Assembly: GCA_963514005.1 (NCBI GenBank) | Contig: OY740782.1 | Coordinates: 65,782,001-65,846,000, forward strand | Source: Raja brachyura | Lineage: Eukaryota | DNA length: 64,000 nucleotides | Reading direction: 5' to 3' | Shown: positions 36,701 to 47,779 of the stretch, in pieces | Position numbering within the stretch: position 1 is the stretch's first letter | How the letters are laid out: every line of letters starts with the position of its first letter | Translations under genes and position numbers: made by a program | The notes under the pieces: generated by a model | What the model saw: the letters and a program-made list of their open reading frames with translations, nothing else | What the model was told of the DNA's origin: nothing | Database searches by the model: none

Positions 36701-38439
36701 TAATGATTGACATACCTCTAGATTTCAATGTATATGACGAGTGAAAGGTTTGGCCTATCCAATTCGCCCTCAATCTAGCTTGATCTTGGAATTTAAGATG
36801 AATTTCTTGTAAGAAAATAATGTCTGTGTTGTATGCTTTCAACTGAGCTAACATCTTACCCCTTTTAATGCGTTTGTTAACACCCCTTATATTCCAGCTG
36901 CAGAATGAGATTCCTCCCAGTTTCTTTTGATTATCGTCTTGCATTTTGAGTGGTTTTAGTACCTGTGTATCTTACGGTGCAGCCATACCTCAGGTCTTTA
37001 GATATTGGGGGAGCATTTGCCCTACAAAGTTCAATTAGTAGATTCCTTTTGTGATTTTCCTTAAACAAAAAACACACACATGTGACTTCTTGTGATCATT
37101 TAACAAAAAATTAAAAAGTGAAAATACAATGTCCGAACTTGTCGGCACTGTAACAAGTGACTCACCTGTTCGTGGGAGAAAACATTGTATCGACTTCTGT
37201 TGTCGATATTAAACAAACAATTAGCTCCGCTCCCTTAATTACTTATAACATAATAGAAAGGGACCAGTTCAAAATCAAATATATAGTACCCATTTGCAAT
37301 ATATGTATCCATTTCATTATGACTTCCCATATATAACTAACAATTTTATCTACTAAGTGTTTAAACGTATGATTTTACCTCGGTAATAATCAACTGTTGG
37401 TTGAAGGGGTTAACCTGAAACAGGTTCCTGGATCTGAGCCAGGTGCCCGCTTCTCCACCTCCCCCCAATTATAGATAAAATTGAAACTTGGTGATTTATA
37501 AATGTTAGTTTTTAAATCATCCCCTTTCTACAATTCTTATTAACAACCGTAACTATTTCTATATTAATATTCTATGTTAATATTGTTAAAAATGTTCTAA
37601 AGATCTATACAATTTAGGTTATTCATTTAATCTCTTAAACAACAGTAATTGCTCTGTCCGCATTCTGCTCTCCATTTCTTCATTTCGGTGTTTTTCTTTT
37701 TTCGCTTTGCTTGGAGCACAGAATGTCCTTGAGTTAACATTCCAGATATAAGAAGTCTAGACAGATGCACAAGGAGAATTTCTCCATCTTGCAAGTGCTC
37801 AGTCGCTGACGGTGAAATAATAAAAATAAAGATTTGTCCATACCGTCCATCCCTTCCAACTACTTGTTCTCTTCCACGATGCTTTGAGCATATTTGTGTG
37901 CAGTCTCCGCATTTGTAAACGATTTTTACTGTCCCTTGTAAGAAATTCTCATCTTAGCTGGGTAGAAAACACCATATCTGACAGCTTGAATTCCTTGGGG
38001 AATCTGCTTTGTCTTTGAGAACTGATTCCGCTTTTGCACAATTTCATAAGGATAGTCCCTAAATAGTTTGATAGATGCATCACCGAATTTCAATGGCACT
38101 CCATATTTGATGTTCCTCATAACCTCTTCAAGGGCAGAAATGTCCCGAAATTTCACAATGATCTGTCGTGTATATTCTGGACTTGTTTGAGATCTTGGTT
38201 TACATCTCGGTACTCGATTTTTGATTCATTAGGGAGATTAAGAACTTGTTTAATTAAGCCCACAGCGAACTCCCTCAGCTCCCTCTGGCACTCCAACTAT
38301 TCTTAGAGTTTGGCGTCTCAAATGAGCTTCCCGATCGGTCCCGACCAGTAGACCTGATTTTAACGCGAAAAATCGCAAATTTTTGGGAGTGGAGCTATGT
38401 GCAGCGTCTGTTACTAGAACATGGCGCCACCGGAAGTCC
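33790..38439 (-). mobile_element. L1-clade LINE with both ends, internally deleted and decayed
   Basis: 5' end GGACTTCCGGTGGCGCCATG; ORF1 remnants 37860-38335; ORF2 APE (SWNIRG, FLQEIH, GGDFN, SDH) and RT (PGPDG, RQGC, LYADD); poly(A) at about 33790-33826; 16-bp TSD ttcatgtcttattttt (33774-33789 and 38440-38455). Inserted into a Rex1-like tail. Confidence 0.92.
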
Positions 38440-38523
38440 TTCATGTCTTATTTTTGCACACTTTTTCTTTACACTGCCTTTTAGAATTTATGGGTAATTT
38501 ATGAACAGTTTATGCTGTCATGT

Positions 38524-39160
38524 TGAAACAAGGAACTGCAGGTGCTGATTTATACACAAAAGGACACAAAGTGCTGGAGTAACTCAGCAGGTCAGGCAGC
38601 AAGAAAGTTAGAAAAGGGAAGAGCCAAGACAAAGCATGCTAGGTCATATGTCAACACAGGTGGGGGGGGGGGGGGGGTTAACTGGCAGGTGGTTGGAACA
38701 AGAGTCAGAGATAAGAACAGCAGGTGTGAGAGTTGCAGATTGTGAAGCCAGTTGTGGAGAGGAGAAAGAAGTGGGAGTCCAGGTGGGGCACAGGAGGTGT
38801 GGGGGAGAAAGGGAGGACCAACTAGTGTTTAAACTAGTAACCGGGAGATCCTTAAAAAGGTTAAATACTGCTTTGTCTGCCAAGTCATATTGGATTTCCC
38901 AGTTGCGAACCATTTTAGCTCCTCTTCCCATTCCCATACTGGCCTTTCTATCTTGGGCCTCCACCATTGCTTGAGAAAGGCCATACGTAAACTGGAGGAA
39001 CGGCACCTCATATTCTGCTTGGAAAGTTTAGAACCAAACGTATGAATGTTGAATTCTCTAATTAACCTCCCCCATTTTCTTCCCTGCATCTTAATCCCCC
39101 TCTCTCCACTCCCCTCTGCCCCTGCTGAACTCCCACCTATTTCTCCCTTCCACAACCCCC
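38524..39160. mobile_element. Penelope-derived terminal fragments in opposite orientations; similar short pieces near 1660-1820, 27490-27620, 42460-42775 and 46770-46890
   Basis: Share the gaagggtc.cgacc.gaaac...gatgctgcctg...ctccagca...gcatctgcag motif with 16200-16330. Confidence 0.6.
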
Positions 39161-39979
39161 AGAATGTTTCTGTACCTCACTGTGTGTGCATAGGATGATA
39201 AATACTTCGACTTGATTAAATTCAACATTGACAGTTTTGCCATCATTGCAGCTGATAAGTCCCGTCAAATACCTAAGTATTGTATATTACATTTCCAGTA
39301 AAAAAATTAGGAGTGCGCTATCTGGAAATAGATTCAACATGGATAAAATTTTACAGAGAGAGGAAAGTAGGCAGAATTGGATCATGCTATCAAAATAACT
39401 ATAACAAAATAACTAACAAGTATAGTGGGCGAAATGGCGAGATTTTATAACATCTCACTGCAAATGATGTTTGATTTTTTTCATGATATTTTAATCTTTA
39501 ATTTTACAATGATTTTATCATTCCTGGTTAAAATAATTCTTCCTTCCATTTCATGACAAAATTGATTTCTTATCACACGCAATCATTATTTTACAGCTGC
39601 CAGTGAAGAACATGTTGTTCCATTCGATGTGGAAGTCAGCAATGGATGCTGATAGCTGATTGCAGGCATTCAGGCAAACTTTAATAATACTGCTATTGTT
39701 TTGTAAGTATGAAATTGTTGAGATAAGGAAACTGTTCTTGGATATGTAAAAGTAAGAAATTAGTTTGTTGCCTTACATTAACATTCCTTTGTCTAATTTC
39801 TGCAGCCTATCACAGGTGTCCCTTTTGTTCTCTCACCCTCTCCCTCGGCCTCATTGCTAAAGACTCACTCGACCTCAGAAGGGTCTTTCTCATTGATCTC
39901 GGACAAGTCATAAACAAACAGAAAGAATGTTTGGTGATAAAGGTCATCTGATACTGTTCAGGAGTAGTCAAGATTTAAG

Positions 39980-40176
39980 ACGGTCACGGTGGCACAGTGG
40001 TAGAGTTGCTGCCTCACAGCAAAATGCAGCGCCAGACACCTGGGTTTTCTGTATGGAGTTTGTATGTTCTCCCCGTGATCTGCGTGGGTTTTCTCTGAGA
40101 ACTTCGGTTTCCTCCCACACTTCAAAGACTTACAGGTTTGTAGGTTAATTGGCTTGATAAAAATGTTAAATTGTCC
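39980..40176 (+). mobile_element. tRNA-derived V-SINE (HE1-like); decayed relative near 42960-43170
   Basis: A-box ggtggcacagtggtagag and V-core gagtttgtatgttctccccgtg..tgcgtgggttt...ggtttcctcccaca. Confidence 0.8.
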
Positions 40177-42855
40177 AAGTTGGCGATATGCAGAGTACTG
40201 CCCTGCCGACTATAAAATTCAGAAGGTTCAGAACATGCAAAACAATTTTTGGCCTTTAGTGCAAAGAGTAATGAAGTCTTGCTGCGCTTGCATCAGCTGG
40301 TGTGATGTCTGTAGTTTTAGTTTCCAAATATAAGGATGGATATATTTGCCTATTTATATCTCGGTCACATGGATTTACCAGATGAGCAATTTGTCCTATT
40401 GGCAGAGATTGAATAAGGCTGGCCTAGAGTTTAAGCGAATCAGAGATAATCATATTGTCATGATTATGAGATTCACATGATGAACACTGAGAAGCTTGTT
40501 TCCTCAGGCTGGAGAATCTAAAGTAGATGGCTATTTAGGACAAAGAAGAAACGTTTGTTCAATTAGAATGTTATAAATCATGAGGATTCATTTTCTAGGA
40601 CGTTTGTGAATTTTGCTGAGTAATTTTTATGATTTGGATTGAAGATTTTTGGGCTGCAAGGGAATGAGGAAATGACTGTTGGGCTGGAAGATTGAATTAG
40701 TCAGAAAGAACCACATCTTCTATTACTTCCATTCTTAACAGATCAATGCATGGAGATGGAGTGGAAGTTGTGATAATTATAAATGACTAAATATTAAGGG
40801 GAACAAAACAGGTGATATTTCAGAATTCAATCATCACAATGCTGATATCTGTGATATAATAATACATGTTATCCTATTAAGGCATGCCTAAAATTTTACT
40901 CCTCATTAAGTGGATTGTACTTAGGAACATAGAAACATAGAAAAATAGGTGCAGGAGTAGGCCATTCGACCCTTCGAGCCAGCACTGCCATTCAATATGA
41001 TCATGGCTGATCATCTAAAATCAGTACCCCGTTCCTGCTTTTTACCCATATCCCTTGATTCCTTTAGCCCTGAGACTGCCACCCAGCTTTGTGTCATCCA
41101 CAAACTTGAAGATGTTACATTTAATTCCCTCGTCTAAATTGTTTATATTGTACTGTTAAATGTGTCCAAATGTCATAGAGTCATACAGTATGGAAACAGG
41201 CCCTTCACCTCAACTTGCCCACGCTGGCCAAGATGCCCAACCTAGTCCCACCTGAACATTTGGCCCGTGTTTCTCTAAACCTTTCCTATCTATGTACCTA
41301 TCCAAATGTCTTTTAAATGACGGAATAAATGTCAAAAAGTTAAACTAATTATCACAATAATTCTTAAATTAGTGCAATTCATATTATTACTGTGTCTTGA
41401 AAAACAAATTCATTATTCCTGCCTTAAAACCAATTACTACTGTGCTTTAATAAGCAATAATGATTTTAACTTGGTAGATGGAGTAATTGCACTTTTTTCA
41501 CTACTTCAAGGATACCTTTTTCAAATATTATTTATATCATTAATTATTGGAAATAAGCAGATGCAAATCATTTTTATTCAGTTTGAACGTGAGCAAACTT
41601 TAACCTATTTTTAAAAATTATATGGGATATTTCTAGTTTGTTAAGTCACAATATGTGACAATTAATGTTTTGAATATTATCTCCATGATGTTGGGATTCA
41701 AATTGATTGCAGATATTTAGTGACTTTACCTTGTTACGCAGAATAGTGTTAACCTGTGCTCATTGACTTTACCCGATGGAAGAGAAATTGAGCAGAATGT
41801 AAAACCGTCATCTGTTTCAATGTAGCCTATTACGTGACAACCTAAACAAATTGTTCTCTGTCTGTCATGCTCACTGTCTGACATACCACGTTGACTGAAC
41901 AGAAATTTCCTCCAAGTAAGATAAACTAAGCCATTCAGTCTGGCCCTCTTCACAAACTCAACTCCCTAATCACCAGCTCTGTCTCCCACCCCAGGAACAA
42001 TACAAAATTGAACCAGGTTGTACCTCGTGTCATAGTTTGCCCCCAGGTGAGCCTTGGGCCACAGATCAGTGCGAACACTAAAATCATATCTTCCAAATTC
42101 CAAAGCTCATCTCTATCCTTGCCTAAGCTCACCAGTTGATGAAACCTTTGCCTGTTCTGGACCTGACTGTTTCAAAGCATTCCTGACCTACCTCCTTGCT
42201 CTCCTCTCAGCAAATTTGAGATCATGCAAAAGTCTGCTATTTGCTTCTTAACTTCCACCAAGTCCTATTCGTCCACCATCCCTGCTAATTTTCACAGGCT
42301 TCTGGTTAATCAGCATATCACAGTACTTTTCAAAGGCCTCCTTAACTTTGTTCCTCCTTAGGTCTGTAATCACCTGGAAAACTATAGCCTTCCATGATAT
42401 ATACACACCTTCAACTCTGGCCACTTGCTCATCTCTGGATTTAGTCAGTGTCTTTGATTAAAAGCAAAGTGCTGGAGGAGCTCAGCAGGTCAAACAGCAA
42501 CTGTGGAATGAATTGACATCCATCTGCCAATCACTCCACTCCCCTCTCCTCCACTCCCCTCCCCACCCCAATCTGTAACCATCTATCACTTGCCAGGCTA
42601 CCCACCCACCTCTCCTTTCCAGCTTTATTGCCTCTACTCCATGGGACTGCAGAAGGGTCCAAACCAGAAATGGTCTTCCCATTCCCTCCAGGGATGCTGC
42701 CTGATCTGTTGTTTCTCCAGCACTTTGTTTTTTGCTCAAGTTTCCAGCATCTGCATTCTCTATGTCTTCATTTCTGCATCTTTAATTATTAGTTTAAAGA
42801 TATTTTAGAAATATAAGTTTTTGTTGTCTCCGTGTGCTGCCATACTGTGGGACTT

Positions 42856-42870
42856 ACTGCCATCTAGTGG
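42856..42870 (-). promoter_or_regulatory. CTCF consensus motif
   Basis: Minus strand CCACTAGATGGCAGT; motif match only. Confidence 0.5.
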
Positions 42871-44004
42871 GTTGAATTGGGATTGATTGCATGACTTAAA
42901 AAAGGGATTTAAAATGCAGTGAACATGAAAAATGTGTATTTGGTTTCTGGTGTTAAGTGGGCTCTGTAGCATTGTCCACGGGTTTCCTTTGCGTGCTCTG
43001 GATTCCTGCTATATCCCAAAGATATGCGCGTTTGTAGGTTAATATGCCTCTGTAAATTGTCCTTAGTGTGCAAGGAACGTGGGATAACTTAGAACTAGAG
43101 TGAACAAGGTAATCTACGGTCGGTTTGGATTTGGTGGGCTGAAGGGTCTGTTTCCATGCTGCATCTTTCACTCAATCCTGTGGTCTCAATACTGCAATAT
43201 ACCCACAAGGAGTAAACAATATGCTCTATTATTTAGACAATCAACCACATTAGACAATGCCTCCAATACAAGTTTGGGCAGTTTATCTTTGAAACAAACT
43301 TCCACTTTTGAAAAATAATTCAAACATTAAATTCAATTCACGTGTTACTTCAACCATATGGAAAAAGAAAAAACTATATTACCTACTTCATTTTACCACC
43401 TGCATTCAGTGACTCATTAGTGTAGATATATATATGGAGAAATAACTTAATGCAAGTTTATTGCAAGTTTAATTTTTAGAAGCTAGAGCTTTTGCTGAAT
43501 TAAAATGTCCTCGGTCATTTTCATCAACTATTCCAGCAGAAGATTATATATTCGCAGATCATATTCACTGAAATTTAAACTGTTAAGAGGTGATTTGATT
43601 GAAGTTGCAAGCATACTAAAGAGAAGTGGACCAAAAAAAATTGCTGACTCAGGGAATCTGAAAATGAAAACAGAAAATCCTGGAAATACAGCTGCTTGAC
43701 TTGCCAAGTGTTTCCACCATGTCAATTTCTATTGAAGTGAACTTTTAGAACTTGAAGAATGAAATAATTTCACTGGTTTAGGAATTTACAACCAGGGATC
43801 AATGTCTAAAAAATTAACAGCAAGCCTTTTGAGAAAAGAGTTAGAAAACAATTTTAAATGCAGAGGGTGGTAACAATTTAGACCTATCATCTGCAAATGC
43901 CAAGTCTTAGATGGGCAGATGGGATAACTAAAGGTATAAAGGAAGTGGGCAAAGGATCAGATAAAGGTTTAGTTCACAGATCAGCTATGATAGCACTAAA
44001 ACCT

Positions 44005-46110
44005 AGTTCAAGTTCAAGTGAGTTTATTGTAACATCCTGATAGGACTATGAAATTCTTGCTTTGCATCAGCACACAGAACATAGAAGGCATTTACTACAA
44101 AACAGATCAGTGTGTCCATATACCATATATAAATATATACACACATGAATAAATAAACTAATAAAGTGCAAATAACAAATAATGGGTTATTAGTTATCAG
44201 AGTTTTGTCTGAACCAGGTTTAATAGCCTGATGGCTGTGGGGAAGTAGCTGTTCCTGAACCTGGTCATTGCAGTCTTCAGGCTCCTGTACCTTCTACCTG
44301 AAGGTAGCAGGGAGATGAGTGTGTGGCCAGGGTGGTGTGGTCTTTGATGATACTGCCAGCTTTTTTGAGGCAGCGACTGCAGTAAATCCCCTCGATGGAA
44401 GAAAGGTCAGAGCCGATGATGGACTGGGCAGTGCTTACTACTTTTTGTAGTCTTTTCCTCTCCAGGGCGTTCAAGTTACCGAACCAAGCCACGATGCAAC
44501 CAGTCAGCAAGCTCTCTACTGTGCACCTGTAGAAGTTAGAGAGAGTCCTCCTTGACAAACTGACTTACCACAATCTTCTCAGGAAGTAGAGGCACTGGTG
44601 AGCTTTCTTGATAATTGCATCAGTGTTTTCGGACCAGGAGAGATCTTCAGACATGTGCACGCCCAGGAATTTGAAGCTCTTGACCCTTTCAACCATCGAC
44701 CTGTTGATATAAACAGGACTGTGGGTCCCCATCCTACTCCTTCCAAAGTCCACAATCAGTTCCTTGATTTTGCTGGTGTTGAGGGCCAGGTTATTGTGCT
44801 TGCACCATATGGACAGTTGCTCGATCTCTCTTCTGTACTCCAACTCATCCTCATCAGTGATACGTCCCACAACAGTGGTGTCGTCAGCGAACTTGATGAT
44901 TGAGTTCGCACTGTGACCGGCTATGCAGTCATGAGTATAGAGTGAGTACAGCAGGGGGCTGAGCACACAGCCTTGAGGTGCTCCCGTGCTGATTGTTATC
45001 GAGTCTGACACATTTCCACCAATAGGAACAGACTGTGGCCTGTGAATGAGGAAGTCGAGGATCCAATTGCAGAGGGATGCGCAGAGACCCAGTTCTGCGA
45101 GTTTGGTAACCAGCTTGGAGGGGATGATAGTATTAAATGCCGAGCTGTAATCGATGAATAACAGCCTGACATATGAGTTTTTGTTGTCCAAGTGGTCCAA
45201 AGTGGAGTGGAGAGCCAGCGAGATCGCATCCACCGTTGATCTGTTGTGATGCTAAGTGAACTGCAGTGGGTCCAGGTTTTTGTCGAGGTAGGAGTTGATT
45301 TGCGCCATGATCAACCTCTTGAGGCACTTCATCACCACAGGCGTTAGTGCCACAGGTCGATAGTCATTGAGGCACGTCACCTTGCTCTTCTTGGGCACTG
45401 GTATAATTGATGCCTTTTTGAAGCAGGTGGGAACCTCAGACCACAGAAGTGAGAGGTTGAAAATGTCCGTAAAAACTCCAGCCAGTTGGTCCGCACAGGT
45501 TTTTAGAACACGACCAGGTATACCATCAGGTCCAGGCGCTTTTCGAGGGTTCACCCCTCTGAAGGATTTCCTGATGTCGGCCTCTGTGACTGAGACTGAA
45601 ATACCATCACAGCGAATGGGGGCTCGGGAAGTCACATCGGTGTTCTCCCTATCAAAGCGTGCGTAAAATGCATTGAGCTCATCAGGGAGTGATGTTTCGC
45701 CGACATTCGAGCTACCTCCTGATTTTGCCTTGTAGGAGGTGATTGCATTCAGGCCCCGCCACAGCTGCCGAGCATCTGTCTCATCCTCCAGCTTGGAGCA
45801 GAAGTCCCTTTTGGCCTTTTTGATGGCCTTCCAAAGGTCGTATCTGAACTTCTTATAGACCACTGTATCTTCAGACATGAATGCCCGGTGTCTGGTCTTC
45901 AGAAGAGTGCGGATCTCAAAGTTGATCCAAGGTTTCTGATTGGGAAACACTCGGAAGGTTTTGGTAGGGATACAGTCCTCCACACATTTCTTAATGAAGT
46001 CTGTAACGACTGTGGCGTATTCGTTCAAGTCCGTTGCCGAGTCCTTGAACATTGCCCAGTCTGCAGACTTCAAACAGTCCTGGAGTTGTTCCTCTGCCCA
46101 GCCAGCAGAG
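44005..46110 (-). mobile_element. Rex1/Babar-type LINE, RT region with frameshifts and stops
   Basis: ORFs 45252-46073 (KAPGPDG, NDYRPVALT), 44565-45233 ([23 protein letters not shown]) and 44277-44558; (cttgaa)n tail at about 44006-44019. Confidence 0.9.
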
Positions 46111-47300
46111 TTGTTTCTTCACAGACAGCAGCTTCAGCTCCTTCAAAGTCGGCAGCTGCAGCTCCAGCTTCATTGTTCCTGGGAGATCCAGCCCGTTGGC
46201 TCTGGAGGTCATCCCGGGATTCCGAGGTACAGTACCTGGGTTCCTCAGTCGGGTCGGGTGATTTCTAGCAACCGTGGGAAAGTTTAAAGTCCAGGGCTCC
46301 CGCGGCTGTGGGATCGCGAAATTGTGAGAACCGGTGCTCAAGCAGCTTGTCTGAAACGGCACCGTTTTCTGCCGTTTTCCTGATCCAGGTGAGTTGATTG
46401 AAGTTGTATTTAAGCCTTCTAGGTTTTGGAGCTCCGCAAAAGTCGCCGCAGGCAGGCGCCATTTTTCCCACAGTACCTCATAGTTGAACCTCATTCCCCT
46501 GATAGTCAAGTTGTTTGGCATAATTAAACAGGTTAATCTAATATCTAAAAACTAAGTATATCATAGATGATTCTAAACCATAGCTATATTAATTTAAAAA
46601 AATATAGCTATGGTTAAATATGGCTAAAATGTATTATTGCTAGTGGCAACACCTTCCACTTCTCGGAAGACATTCCACAATAAACAATGATAATATTGCA
46701 AACAATCACTCGAGGCAAAAAGGTATTTCACATGAATATTATATTCTTTAAAAATAGGTCAAATGAAGTACGAATGCAGGGTCTTGACCTGAAATATGAA
46801 TAATTCCTTTCATCCTACAGATGTTGCCTGGCCCACTGAGTTTCTCCAGCAGATTATATTTTGCTCTAGATTCCATCATCTGCAGCCATCTATTGTGCCT
46901 TGTCAAGAATTGAAAGTTGTTTATTTCATGTTAGTATTCATTGTCAAATCAATCTATTGAAGTTTAATTGATTCATGAAGACAGTATTATTGTAAAGTAG
47001 AACAATGAGTTAGCAGATTGTAGGTTCACACTTAACTGAAGATTGATCTGGAAAATGTTCAGCAGTAAAATTCCAATGTTTTAATTGAAGTCAACCCATT
47101 GCCCAATAACTACCTCAAAAACTAGAATTCATTACCAATCTGCAAATATTTGCTATTGCTCTGCACAGCAACAAGAATTGCAGAACTATGATAACAGTTT
47201 TTCTCCACAGTTAAGCTAATAGAAGTGACAGTATTCTGTACACTTTTTTCCAAAGATTTCCTCACTGTAGATAGGATTTCAGAGGTTGATTAAAGCCTGC

Positions 47301-47543
47301 TGTTAAAGCACAATAAAGCGAGTTACACGTTATGAACTCAATAAAAAGCTTTATTAAACAAAAAGAATTCCAAACAGTAGTGTTGCTGAGCCCAGAGTAA
47401 CTGCGTGCCACTGCAGCAGGGCACACCCTTGACTCCCTTTACCACAACTTCCTTCCAAACCCCGCCCTTCAGTCACGTGCCTCTTACCACATAATGAACG
47501 AGGGTTTGATTAACCAGTGGCCTGACCACCAGATGGCGCCACA
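47301..47543 (-). mobile_element. Probable solo LTR (243 bp)
   Basis: TGT...ACA termini, flanks ctgc / ctgt (near 4-bp TSD), minus-strand AATAAA at about 47350-47355. Confidence 0.55.
47526..47541 (+). promoter_or_regulatory. CTCF consensus motif at the LTR terminus
   Basis: CCACCAGATGGCGCCA; motif match only. Confidence 0.55.
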
Positions 47544-47779
47544 CTGTCACGGCTATTTGTCATACTTAGCACAAATTTTACTTCGGAGTCACGTTAGTGA
47601 CTTAGTGAAGACCCCGCCAGCACGCATGCGCAACATATCGCCGCTCGCACTTGCAGTCGACAGCTGGGAGGGGGGGAGTGCGCTCCTCTGCCGGCAGCTT
47701 CAAAAAGGCCTTCAGGTAAGTTTTCACTAACGTTGAGCTGGTTAGTTTTTCTGTACTTGTTTATACCTACAGGAAAACA

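Noticed and set aside
39980-40050. tRNA gene
   Set aside because: tRNA-derived SINE head with a damaged B-box, followed by a V-SINE core.
46110-46510. 176-aa ORF with a YY1-like aaaatggcg motif upstream of the Rex1-type LINE
   Set aside because: Probably a LINE 5' region or another repeat fragment; no protein motif supports a gene call.
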